DNA from: Rhodothermales bacterium | Lineage (GTDB): Bacteria > Bacteroidota > Rhodothermia > Rhodothermales > UBA10348 | Assembly (NCBI GenBank): GCA_047611125.1 | Contig: JBLFXH010000003.1 | Location: 1-45,564 of the forward strand | Length of the DNA stretch: 45,564 nt | Direction: 5' to 3' | Part shown: one piece after another, positions 38,201-45,564 of the stretch | How the letters are laid out: every line of letters starts with the position of its first letter | How positions within the stretch are numbered: position 1 is the stretch's first letter | The notes under the pieces: generated by a model | Told to the model about the DNA's origin: nothing | Database searches by the model: none | Seen by the model: only the letters and a program-made list of their open reading frames with translations | Position numbers and translations under genes: made by a program

Positions 38201-39298
38201 CGAGGACAGGCCGGCCGCTCCGTCGGCCTCATTCGGGATCACGGACCACGTGTAGGTACCGCGCCTCATGAGACGGGATGCGTCCAGCGTGATCTCTGTC
38301 GATGGCGTCGTGGTGGTAAATACCGGCACGTCGCCGATCGAGCCGCCAATCACCTGGCGTTCTGTCAAGGTAAACGTGTAGCTGGCGGCGTCAATCACCG
38401 GCTCCCAGGCGAATCGAATAGATGCGTCTCCCAGGAATCGGGTGCCCTCTCTTGGGGTGATCAGGTTCGGCGGGAGCAGCCCGGTAAAGGCGTCATACCG
38501 GAAGGCCACGACACCACCAAAGGCTTCCGAGATCAAGGCCAGGTCAGACTTGCTGTAGGTGTTGACTACCGTGAAGTAGTACTCACGGCCAGGCTCCAGA
38601 GGTGGCGCAGGTAGGTTGGGAAAAGGACTGTCTTGCGAGGCCTGCCCGTACCGGGCCGATGTCTCTGTGGTCAAGGCGCCCCAGACCGGAGTCAGCCCTT
38701 CGACAACGGGATCGTTCGTTTGGGGATCGGTCCGCAACTCAAAGGGCGTGCTGGAGACCGCCAGGACGTAGGCTGCCACACCGGGAATCCCCTCCCATTC
38801 AAAGGTCGGAGTGGACGAGAAAATGGTACCTCTCGGCCCTAGAATCGTCGGCGCGACCGGCGACTCAACCACAAGCAGAAAGTCCTGGGAGAACACGATG
38901 GAGCGGTCTGAATTCGCCGCGTTACGGATATCCCGGTAGGTCTGCTGGGTGGGCGCGTTGGTAATGTTGGCGTGGTAGACGCCAACAGCAAGGCCGAGTT
39001 GGTTGGGCGTAAACTCCACCGACGTGAGATCAGACACGGAGATGGAAACCCTCGCGTAGGTCCCCGGCGAATCACCGATCTTTAGCTGCATGCCCGGCGC
39101 CGCGGGTGTCCAGTTGAGTTGCGCCGTCTCGGCGGGACGGAAGAGCGCGGAGGCAAAGGTACCATCTCCGTCCACGAGCCGGGGCGGCGAGACCGCCACG
39201 GTCTGGGCAAACGCCGAGCAGGTGCACAGCAACATGGCCACCCCCCAGAACGGGGATCGTCTCAAAAGGCCGGGCTCTATGGGTCGAATACAGTACAC
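32222..39298 (-). CDS. Giant secreted surface protein: FN3-like domains, ~17 carboxypeptidase-regulatory-like (CnaB-type) repeats, Ig-like domains, ZU5/GAIN-like domain, FlgD-Ig/T9SS-type CTD
   Basis: 2358 aa; signal peptide (AFA-Q); repeated (V/I)(S/T)G.V....G..(V/L)..A.V...T...G.(F/Y)....PG.Y...A...GF units; C-terminal PSPFSPN...VTIRVFNMQAQLVKTI...WDGTTDGG...NGRYIIRIEA...VLVK. Confidence 0.88.
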   Translation of the reverse strand: MYCIRPIEPGLLRRSPFWGVAMLLCTCSAFAQTVAVSPPRLVDGDGTFASALFRPAETAQLNWTPAAPGMQLKIGDSPGTYARVSISVSDLTSVEFTPNQLGLAVGVYHANITNAPTQQTYRDIRNAANSDRSIVFSQDFLLVVESPVAPTILGPRGTIFSSTPTFEWEGIPGVAAYVLAVSSTPFELRTDPQTNDPVVEGLTPVWGALTTETSARYGQASQDSPFPNLPAPPLEPGREYYFTVVNTYSKSDLALISEAFGGVVAFRYDAFTGLLPPNLITPREGTRFLGDASIRFAWEPVIDAASYTFTLTERQVIGGSIGDVPVFTTTTPSTEITLDASRLMRRGTYTWSVIPNEADGAAGLSSNRAFSYEVPMGQFRFRPRSTADDTAILGVRVEVENLDGRHAPIVPLVNSTESYRDSLVTGRYLFHASRDQYADTTYAITISANQLNEFVLGMRPLPARVSGLVLDDSAGLLENAAVAVLRGDDPIRQTLTDSEGRWSVSVPPGTYSIRGTKDGFATDEIERLQVEPNEQVDAPDLILEAIAGFVSGRVVNEDGQPVQLATVVASFGSSSQRYTTDGQGGFDFTLAAGSWTLTASKAGFLGGQPVQVQVSTAEHQTNVTVVLTEQASQVSGSVFGVSTGSDGVRERRSLAGALVIARPYAGPVLTTVADNNGQFILDVGAGSYFVTARADGFMDASPAALRVGYAESVSGLDMNLVAAEGRVTGRVVDPAGLAVGGATLLLGPYSAFPRRVTASPDGRFDLALTDGVHEFVASAAGHGSKAVNFGLSSQLSGLQVILVPAASTVSGVVTRAGATIPFATVVATTTQQSITSRTDQFGRYSVGLSPGSWSVRMGAEGHESSAPLLRTLLAGQALQGLDADLIAAETTLRGVVTSAGKPVGAAVVSVMGGQLDRFTVVRADGQFALPVQPGALLDVAVMAVGFRPYQNTQSSLGIRETRTTTVELLPGSSSLSGVARHASGVPLAGVTVASGAASATSQFDGAYTLFLDPGTREVQASLAGYATTSRSVTLALGEQRSGVDFQLTTVSGQLIVTVQTSEGTPIQGAAGDLRSGSIRFTSSSDLLGQIRYTNLAPGTYELLVQAPGFTPLQDAAITLGQGETRDHPAVLASATGSITGRVLDTSNASIPGAVITGSSNGLESLTLSSNSGQFELMGLMSGSSTVSIARAGYAALTIPNVSVSDGAVTALGDVVLLPRLGSLTGLVTSAADGRALAGVQVTLVGEPGAASTESNDLGQYSFSALATGLYEMEILQSGFRKLVQSVTIAEGGVLDVELAASDGRILGVVIDKSGAPLGFPVRVVASGGGRVVTVTSGDNGNYTVTGLDPGASWTLRTEINRPGYVNGSNTAAFSDGVTDVADVALIVAVNTAEIGGNAGFPRATVRLLDGTSGEVRGITSSLTDGGYAFALLASGGYRVVPEKEGVSFSPAFRSVVVAQGGSGTASFTAVAQVGTIRVQLLNVLRQPMSAVDVVLSSEDGLVVRPGRTDIAGVFTFEGLPLLRTYTVRPSLAGFSSTPPAATVLLEGSAILTLEFTLAEATGQISGTVRSETGTSLDGQVTAVEGTTGIVYQTESVAGAYTLEQLPGGLYNLTATAQGFRMGEQQVVLAEGEAREGLAFSLRPATVLLQGRVVYRGAGTPGVLVRAQARSLLETVTDAQGAFIFPAMPLDVPAPDTTVYTLSVLPDEGPPVIRTVRIPGERLGQVVTLDDIALPSGRITVSLTDGLLPIDAAQVTVESSGGRLVEGFTDVEGLFETPATLGAGPYRLDVVKQGYLGPSGPSLEPTLTGDSDELTVSLALPYRHVPAGVVSSIQETEILVLATDGHDLTSVSGTLTYTLRGASESLPLIASGGYLKATLPAANGAESIIYEMSVTDGGTGLGYASAPITLIPQTPGKLATLRIEPALAGSRLRAGDTYQVRAVLLDGIGTDLRARFLGGTEGKMTWALGGDHASLVFPDPSNPTEALLTVQEAEAVRLEVTATLGAADFTFVADFQVQAEPLSALTLASPLPSVSNSGPGIQMNYRARLEDGSQQLLGNGLSWSVSPPSAGRVTESGVFVPGDRSLIGPIRLDVTDPISEKSAFTTLSLYRDLLSGEPAFLRGARGGELSLPGGAIPFASEIGLSYPPLIGPKRNASSGSQRLTVGDALVRFSMRSDRALPGDSLLGDASVQLSADPSLALFQGERVMARFETDRLRWRLLKTEDSGGAFVSPSVRHLTEFAILATNETLGLRNVAVLPSPFSPNVAPLRIGYLLTSQEPSASVTIRVFNMQAQLVKTILQSELQEPGRYGSGTSRREILWDGTTDGGTRARNGRYIIRIEASDTSGTTTAQISAVLVK
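33836..38170 (-). repeat. Tandem array of ~17 diverged ~85-aa CnaB/carboxypeptidase-regulatory-like protein repeats
   Basis: Counted by eye from GQFRFRPRST to VSLALPY; recognisable at protein level only, with no obvious DNA identity. Confidence 0.8.
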
Positions 39299-39356
39299 CC
39301 TACCCTCTTCGGATCGGCCAAACCTCTCGGCAGATAAGCCCAGGTATCCCGGAGTC

Positions 39357-40325
39357 TCAGCCGTCCTCGCGGAGAATCACCACGCGGCTTCGTACACGGG
39401 TCAGCGAGCCGAATAGGCCGTGGCCGTCGTTGACCCCTGCCTTGACGTTTGGGATCTCGCCCGGCGCGAATCCACCATTCCCCTCCTGCGCGTTGACGTA
39501 GCGGAAGTGGTTCCAGACGTTGTCGTCGATGGCGCTCACAGTGATCTCTTGCGGGCCGTAGAACGCGGCGAAGAACCAAGGCATTTTGAGCCGAATGCTC
39601 GCGTCCGGATTGACCTGCCAGTTGGCTTCATTCAGCGGAGGTGAAGACTGGAGGATTACCTCGCTTAGTTCCTCCGGATCTAGCGTTGAAGGGTCGAATT
39701 CCTCGTCGGCACCGATCGAAAAAAGGATATCGCGCAGGAACGGCGTCAGTCCATCGATGGATGGATCGAGACTCTCCATCGAGATGATATACACCGCATC
39801 ACGCCCCGGGTACACGCTTGCCGAGACGTCAATCTCTATCTGCTCGGTGGACTGATAGACCACCTCGCGTACGGGCTCGCCCACGATATCAAAGCCCCCC
39901 GGAACAATGGTTCTGGCAGCGAGGGTCGGATATCCGGGCACATCGGCCGTGAGTTGGTACGTGGCCCCGGCCACGACTCTTGACTGAAAGCCTGAGCCAG
40001 TCTCGTCGGAAAACAGCGGCAGGTAGAGCCCGTCCGCAGCTTCTACGTCTGAGGGGACGTCGATTGGTGCGTAGGTGAAGCGTCGCTCGGGGAGTCCGGG
40101 CGAAGCCAACTGTGTAATCGTCACCGTGGCCGCACCAACGCCGACCGGCACACTTCCGTACTGGGTTTCAACACTCTGCGTCCAGGTGAGTCGGACGGGC
40201 GGGATGGTTTCGCCAGCTATCAGCCAGGCCTCGATGACGGGCTGCGGTTGGTGTATCCCCGGGTCCCCGAAATCACAGGCAGAGAAGGCGAATGCCGCGA
40301 GCGTTATGGCAACTATGCGTTTCAT
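39357..40325 (-). CDS. DUF4249-family outer-membrane lipoprotein
   Basis: Lipobox AFSAC; PVIEAWLIAGE, VRLTWT, C-terminal NV..GVNDGHGLFGS; directly downstream of a TonB receptor. Confidence 0.75.
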   Translation of the reverse strand: MKRIVAITLAAFAFSACDFGDPGIHQPQPVIEAWLIAGETIPPVRLTWTQSVETQYGSVPVGVGAATVTITQLASPGLPERRFTYAPIDVPSDVEAADGLYLPLFSDETGSGFQSRVVAGATYQLTADVPGYPTLAARTIVPGGFDIVGEPVREVVYQSTEQIEIDVSASVYPGRDAVYIISMESLDPSIDGLTPFLRDILFSIGADEEFDPSTLDPEELSEVILQSSPPLNEANWQVNPDASIRLKMPWFFAAFYGPQEITVSAIDDNVWNHFRYVNAQEGNGGFAPGEIPNVKAGVNDGHGLFGSLTRVRSRVVILREDG

Positions 40326-40328
40326 CAA

Positions 40329-42572
40329 TTAGAAGGTCAGCGTGAACGCGATGTTGGGGATCGGGACGGGAATCTGCGGGACCGTGGTCTGCTCGACCGT
40401 TCCGTCATCGTTGAACTCAAAGAACCTGAACCAGATGTTCTTGCGGGCATAGACGTTGAGCAGTTGCAGCTGCAGCTCGTAGTCAGCAAAACCGAAGAAG
40501 CGGTTGCTCTTGGTGAACCCGACATCCAGCCGGTGATACGCCGGGAGGCGCGCACCCTGAAATCGACTGATCTGGGCCGTCTGGATGACGTTGTCCACCG
40601 GCGAGTCTACCAGACGATAGTAGGAGACCGGCTCCGTGTAGGCCTGCCCGGTGGCGTAAATGAAGGCTGTGGTGACCTTCCACGTCTTCCCCAGCCTGAA
40701 GTTGGCGATGGCGTTCACGTCATGCAGGCGGTCATACTTGGGGGCGTAGGGCGCTCCTTCATTCAGGTTGGGGAACGTCCGGTTGGTCTCGCCGAGCGTA
40801 TAGCCCAACATCCCGGTGACGCCGCCGCGCGTTTTTTCAACCAGGACTTCGATGCCCGACGCATCGCCCTTTCCGAAGTGGAACAGCTCCGAATAGTCCA
40901 GGCCGGCCGCGTCCAATAGAAACGGGTCAAGCTGAAACAGACCACGCATGGTGCGATAGTAGGCCTCGACCTCCAGACTCCAGCCCTCCCAGTGCGAGGA
41001 CTTGATGCCGGTCACGAACTGGTCACCGTAGGCCGGTGGGACCCCATCGTCCGTGGTGAGCCAGACATCTAGTCCGGTGAACACCTCATTGCTGATCAGC
41101 GTCAGGAACTGGGAGTACCGTCCGTACGCGGCCTGGAGTCGAAGGTCGGCGGTCGGGCGATGCTCTATCGAGATCCGGGGCTCCAGCCTGAGGTAATTGC
41201 CCTCGCCAAACCACGAGGCACGGAGTCCGCCGGTGATTTCTGTCCGAGAGCCGGGTCGATACCGCTGCTGGCCGTAGACGGACAGATAGGGCGCCTGAAT
41301 GCGCTGGTTGAGGGACTCCTCGCCGTCGAACAGGTCCTTCAGACGCATGGTGAACATCCCACCCCAGAAGCCTCCCTTGAAGGCCAGTTTGTCATTCGGG
41401 ACGTACTCCAGATCACCGCGCGCCGAGAAGTCGTTAACCGTGTTGTTGCGCGAGATGCGCGTCCCTCCAATCGTTAGGTCGGGCTGACTCGAATAGCGCG
41501 AGGCCGTGAACGTGAAGTTGGAGAAGACCTGGTCACTAAACAGGTGAGTCCAGTTCACACTCCCCGTGCGGTTGCCGTAGGCCAGATCGATGGTTGTCAG
41601 CGCCAGGGGCTCGATCCCAACGTCATCGCGTCCGGTGTAGCCCGCTATGGACACCTTGTCATCCGGTCCAAGGTCAAGACTCACCTTCGCGTTGATGTCG
41701 TAGAAATAGAAGTTGGACGGAATGCCGTCAATGTCCTGATTCCTGAGTGCAGCCAGGACGGGCTCCAGCGTCGAACGCCTAACCGCCAGCATAAAGGAGC
41801 CGAGCTTGTGCGGCCCCTCGACCATGGCCCGACTGGCCAGGATTCCCAAGCTCAGTCTTCCGGCATACCGATTCCGGTTACCGTCCTTGTTGTAGACGTC
41901 CACCACAGACCCAATTCGGCCGCCATACTCGGCCGGAAAGCCTCCCTTGTATAGTCTGACGTCCTTGACGGCGTCCGGATTGAAAGTGGAAAAAAAGCCG
42001 AAGACGTGAGTCGGATTGTAGACCGTGGTGTGATCCAGCAGAATCAGGGTCTGATCTGGGCTCCCCCCCCGGATGTATAGCCCGCTTGAATAGTCCGAGG
42101 CGGCCTTGACGCCAGGGAGCAATTGCAGTGACCTGAAGACGTCCGGCTCAAGGATGGTGGGCAGCGACCGGATCGTGGCCGTGGTCATCCGGCTTACCCC
42201 GATGCGCCCATCCTCCAGGCCTTCGCGCTCTCCAGAAACGATCACCTCATCTACCATCAGACCGATGGGTATGAGTTCGACGTTCAACCGGCGCTCTTCA
42301 CCCGCTCCAAGCGTGACTTCCAGGACAGCCGTTTCGTACCCGATATAGGAGGCCAAGACCTGATAGGATCCGGCCGGGATCCCCGACACCACGTAGTAGC
42401 CTGACGTATTGGTGGCTGCTCCCAAAGAGGTCTCCGCCAGGACGAGATTGGCCAGAATCAGGGTCTCTCCTGTATCCGCGTCCCGGATAAAACCGCTGAG
42501 CGTGGCCGCGTTTTGCGCGGTCACAGGAAGGACAAGGCACATGACCGCGACGGCGGCCAAGAGGTATCTCAT
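40329..42572 (-). CDS. TonB-dependent outer-membrane receptor with N-terminal carboxypeptidase-like extension
   Basis: TLSGFIRDADTGETL; plug LQLLPGV..GLYIRGGSPDQTLILLD..YNPTH; YKGGFPAEYGGR; LPAYHRLDVG; C-terminal Phe. Confidence 0.93.
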   Translation of the reverse strand: MRYLLAAVAVMCLVLPVTAQNAATLSGFIRDADTGETLILANLVLAETSLGAATNTSGYYVVSGIPAGSYQVLASYIGYETAVLEVTLGAGEERRLNVELIPIGLMVDEVIVSGEREGLEDGRIGVSRMTTATIRSLPTILEPDVFRSLQLLPGVKAASDYSSGLYIRGGSPDQTLILLDHTTVYNPTHVFGFFSTFNPDAVKDVRLYKGGFPAEYGGRIGSVVDVYNKDGNRNRYAGRLSLGILASRAMVEGPHKLGSFMLAVRRSTLEPVLAALRNQDIDGIPSNFYFYDINAKVSLDLGPDDKVSIAGYTGRDDVGIEPLALTTIDLAYGNRTGSVNWTHLFSDQVFSNFTFTASRYSSQPDLTIGGTRISRNNTVNDFSARGDLEYVPNDKLAFKGGFWGGMFTMRLKDLFDGEESLNQRIQAPYLSVYGQQRYRPGSRTEITGGLRASWFGEGNYLRLEPRISIEHRPTADLRLQAAYGRYSQFLTLISNEVFTGLDVWLTTDDGVPPAYGDQFVTGIKSSHWEGWSLEVEAYYRTMRGLFQLDPFLLDAAGLDYSELFHFGKGDASGIEVLVEKTRGGVTGMLGYTLGETNRTFPNLNEGAPYAPKYDRLHDVNAIANFRLGKTWKVTTAFIYATGQAYTEPVSYYRLVDSPVDNVIQTAQISRFQGARLPAYHRLDVGFTKSNRFFGFADYELQLQLLNVYARKNIWFRFFEFNDDGTVEQTTVPQIPVPIPNIAFTLTF

Positions 42573-42698
42573 GGAAATCTCAGGGGGTGAAGCACCTAGA
42601 CGAGATACTTGCCGCCTGGTTGACCGCTCGGGTCACATTTCGACAATCCTTTACGCGTTATGCGATCAGCGGCAGCGTCTCGACGCTGCGCGGCGCGC

Positions 42699-43655
42699 TC
42701 AACGGCGAAGTGGGAGAGCACGGTCCGGATAGTCGGTTATGAGGCCGTCGACACCCATCTCCAAGAGTTCCTGCATCCGGACAGGGTCATTGACGGTCCA
42801 GGGCACGACTTCCATCCCCATCGCCTGAATCCTCTTAACCAACTCTACAGTCAGCGGGGCGTGGTTCGGCGAGTACACCTCTGGGGTGAAGCCCAAATCG
42901 GCGACGGTCCCCTCGGGGTCAGCTGCCCGGCGCGAATCAACCAAGATTGAGAGCCTCAGGCTGGGGTCCATAGCCCGCAGTACCTGCAGCGTTCTCGGAT
43001 CGAAGGACTGGATCACGGTGTGCTTTTGAATGCCTCCCTCCTGTACCACCTCATAGAGCAGGCGGGCAAAGACCTCCGGGTCGGGGTGATGAGTGCCATC
43101 ACCAGCCAGGGTGGACTTGGTCTCGATATTCCAGAACGCCGGTTGGCGGCCCAGCTCCGCCGAGCGCTGCCGCTCCATCGCGATCACGTCGGAGAGGAGC
43201 GGCTTGCTTGCCGGCATCCGCTGCTGGTCTGGGAAGTTCGGATTGCCCCGCAGGCCACAATCGTAGGACTGAATTTCTTCGAAGGTGAGGTCGAAGATCC
43301 TGATCTCCCGGTCCACAGGCGTGCCATCCGGATTAGAGCAGATGGTGGTCGACATGATGGGATCATGGCTCACCACCACCTGGGAGTCTGCCGAAATGCC
43401 CACGTCCAACTCCAGCGTCTGGACCCCGAGTTCGAGCGCAATCTGGAAAGCGGGTAGGGTGTTTTCGGGCAGTAGTCCACGCGCTCCCCGGTGACCCTGG
43501 AGGTCGAAAGAGAAGGACTTCTGTCGGGCTTCGGCCATGGTCACGGGAGTTAGGGAGAGGACGAAAAACAGCCACAACCACGACCGGTACCGGCGCAGAC
43601 CCTTCGGCCTGATTGTGAAGCCATTTATAGGATCAAATGAACGAGTATTCAACAT
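42699..43655 (-). CDS. Glycerophosphodiester phosphodiesterase (GlpQ/UgpQ family), probably secreted; start uncertain
   Basis: GHRGARGLLPENTLPAF, ELDV, VVSHD, NIETK, IQSFD, WTVND, GVDGLITDYP. Confidence 0.93.
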   Translation of the reverse strand: MLNTRSFDPINGFTIRPKGLRRYRSWLWLFFVLSLTPVTMAEARQKSFSFDLQGHRGARGLLPENTLPAFQIALELGVQTLELDVGISADSQVVVSHDPIMSTTICSNPDGTPVDREIRIFDLTFEEIQSYDCGLRGNPNFPDQQRMPASKPLLSDVIAMERQRSAELGRQPAFWNIETKSTLAGDGTHHPDPEVFARLLYEVVQEGGIQKHTVIQSFDPRTLQVLRAMDPSLRLSILVDSRRAADPEGTVADLGFTPEVYSPNHAPLTVELVKRIQAMGMEVVPWTVNDPVRMQELLEMGVDGLITDYPDRALPLRR

Positions 43656-43834
43656 GTTGTTTTTTATTCACTTACACGACTCACCCCAAGGGGCGACCTG
43701 AGTGGCAAAAATGACCCAAAAACCGTACATTTCTGTTCTGAAAACGCATTTCTAGCCACGGTCCGAGTCCGGACCTCCCTGCGCGCTCCAATAGTACCCG
43801 AAAAGGGCTGTGGACGCACGCCGTTTGCCACCAT

Positions 43835-45564
43835 ATGGAACACAATCAGGGTCGCATAATCCCCATCAACATCGAGGACGAAATGAAGTCCTCGTATATC
43901 GACTATTCGATGTCCGTCATCGTGAGTCGAGCGTTGCCCGACGTGAGGGATGGGCTGAAGCCGGTGCACCGTCGCGTGCTCTTCGGAATGAGCGATCTGG
44001 GGATGACAGCCGGTGCGACGTTCAAGAAGAGCGCCCGTATCGTCGGTGAGGTGCTTGGTAAGTACCACCCTCACGGTGACACGGCGGTCTACGACACCAT
44101 GGTCCGCATGGCGCAGGATTTTTCTATGCGCTATCCGCTTGTGGATGGACAGGGCAACTTTGGTTCGGTCGATGGGGACTCGGCGGCCGCCATGCGGTAC
44201 ACCGAAGCCCGCATGACGCGCCTCGCGGAGGACCTGCTCCGTGATCTGGGCAAGGAGACAGTGGACTTCCAGGAGAACTTCGACGGTTCGCTCGAAGAAC
44301 CCCAGGTGCTTCCCGCTGCGGTACCAAACCTGTTGATCAACGGGTCTGATGGTATTGCCGTCGGTATGGCCACCAAGATTCCGCCCCACAACATCACAGA
44401 AGTGATCAATGGCGTGGTTGCCTACATCGAGAACCCGGAGATCTCGATCGATGAGCTGATCGAGCACATTCCGGCCCCCGACTTCCCCACCGGCGGCATC
44501 ATCTACGGCCATCAGGGCGTGCGACTCGCCTATCACACCGGCCGCGGCCGCGTCGTGATGCGGGCCCTCTTCTCCGAGGAAGAGGTTCGGCCTGGCCGAC
44601 AGGCGCTCATTGTGACCGAGATCCCATATCAGGTCAACAAGAGTACGCTGCTCGAAAAGATTGCCTACCTGGTCCGAGACAAACGGATCGAAGGCATATC
44701 GGACCTCCGTGACGAGAGCGATCGCGACGGAATGCGCATCGTCATCGAACTCAAGCGGGACGCCATGCCCGCCGTGGTCCAGAACCAGCTATACAAGTTC
44801 ACGCCACTCCAGCAGACGTTCGGCGTCAACGTGGTGGCACTGGTTCGTGGCCGGCCCCGCACCCTGAATCTCAAGGAGATGATCCACCACTACGTGGATC
44901 ACAGGCATGAGGTGGTTGTTCGCCGGACTCAGTACGAGTTGCGGAAGGCACAGGAACGGGCCCACATCCTGGAAGGCCTCACAATTGCGCTGGACCACCT
45001 GGATGCGGTCATCACGATAATCCGCAACTCGCCAGATACGGATATCGCGCGGGACAACCTCATGAGAGGGGTCTTCCCAGATAAGCTTAGCGTGGCCCAG
45101 TTGGAGCGTCTCGGACTGCCGTCTGGCGGCGGCTCCATGTTCACGCTTTCCGAAGTGCAGGCCAAGGCCATTCTCGAACTGCGGCTCAGCAGACTGACGG
45201 GTCTTGAGCGCCAGAAGATCGAGGATGAGTACCGCGCGATCGTGCAGGAAATGGAGCGCCTCCAGTCGATCCTCGCGAGCCAGGCCCTCCAGATGCAGAT
45301 CATCAAGGATGAGCTGCTCGAGATGCAGGAGAAGTACGGCGATGAGCGCCGCACCGAGATTGACTACGCCGGCGGCGATGACATCATCTACGAGGACCTG
45401 ATCGAGGCCGACCAGATGGTGGTGACCGTATCCCACCAGGGACTGGTCAAGCGGACCAGCGTTTCTGAGTACCGCCAGCAGGGACGCGGCGGTGTCGGTG
45501 CCCGCGGCCTGGCCATGCGGGACGAGGACTTCGTGGAGCAGCTCTTCGTGTCGTATAACCACGA
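43835..45564 (+). CDS. gyrA: DNA gyrase subunit A, 3'-truncated by window edge (absent from ORF track)
   Basis: Read from ATG 43835: [63 protein letters not shown]; the GyrA-box QGRGGVG at 45479-45499 distinguishes it from ParC. Confidence 0.97.
   Translation, partial: MEHNQGRIIPINIEDEMKSSYIDYSMSVIVSRALPDVRDGLKPVHRRVLFGMSDLGMTAGATFKKSARIVGEVLGKYHPHGDTAVYDTMVRMAQDFSMRYPLVDGQGNFGSVDGDSAAAMRYTEARMTRLAEDLLRDLGKETVDFQENFDGSLEEPQVLPAAVPNLLINGSDGIAVGMATKIPPHNITEVINGVVAYIENPEISIDELIEHIPAPDFPTGGIIYGHQGVRLAYHTGRGRVVMRALFSEEEVRPGRQALIVTEIPYQVNKSTLLEKIAYLVRDKRIEGISDLRDESDRDGMRIVIELKRDAMPAVVQNQLYKFTPLQQTFGVNVVALVRGRPRTLNLKEMIHHYVDHRHEVVVRRTQYELRKAQERAHILEGLTIALDHLDAVITIIRNSPDTDIARDNLMRGVFPDKLSVAQLERLGLPSGGGSMFTLSEVQAKAILELRLSRLTGLERQKIEDEYRAIVQEMERLQSILASQALQMQIIKDELLEMQEKYGDERRTEIDYAGGDDIIYEDLIEADQMVVTVSHQGLVKRTSVSEYRQQGRGGVGARGLAMRDEDFVEQLFVSYNH

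Noticed and set aside
39305-39340. GCAGATAA resembling a sigma-28 -10 element near the giant gene start
   Set aside because: Wrong strand for that gene and no TAAA -35 element at the proper spacing.
42063-42070. G8 tract (coding strand) in the TonB receptor as a phase-variation site
   Set aside because: It is short, the frame is intact, and it encodes the conserved R-G-G of the plug motif; there is no evidence of slippage.
43664-45562. Long minus-strand ORFs (290 aa, 257 aa and others)
   Set aside because: Antisense shadows of gyrA, typical of GC-rich coding DNA.
1-45564. CRISPR arrays, tRNA/rRNA, IS elements, prophage or defence systems
   Set aside because: No regularly spaced DNA repeats, RNA-gene signatures, or transposase, integrase or phage motifs were recognised by eye; intergenic spaces are short.

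Overview
GC-rich chromosomal window from a flagellated FCB-group bacterium, most likely Rhodothermota. This is inferred from flagellar genes co-occurring with a PorV-like barrel, a T9SS-type C-terminal domain, a TonB receptor/DUF4249 pair, and signal peptides followed by Gln. 1-10 kb is the end of a flagellar export cluster: fliN (FliY-like), fliO, fliP, fliQ, fliR, flhB, flhA, divergent flhF, shortened flhG, a small membrane ORF and fliA. 10-29.5 kb is mixed housekeeping: PpiD-like PPIase, dapF, phoH, WG-repeat protein, panC, fumC with a CoA-transferase and a C26 peptidase, cytochrome c/MOSC, an orphan SxtJ-like gene, ppk1, dnaG, a tiny lipoprotein, a membrane-anchored subtilase, a GNAT, an LPD29-like ORF and photolyase. 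29.5-42.6 kb is a minus-strand outer-membrane locus: TonB receptor, DUF4249-like lipoprotein, a 2358-aa repeat surface protein and two PorV/FadL-like barrels. A glycerophosphodiester phosphodiesterase and a 3'-truncated gyrA follow. The best candidate for a novel system is the giant surface protein. It carries a ZU5/GAIN-like segment ending in HL|TEFAIL, matching the autoproteolytic GPS motif of adhesion GPCRs, just before its T9SS-type CTD, and it is encoded with two possibly dedicated barrels. This suggests a self-cleaving, releasable adhesin. No rRNA, tRNA, CRISPR array or transposase was recognised. All family calls come from motif recognition by eye, not database searches.
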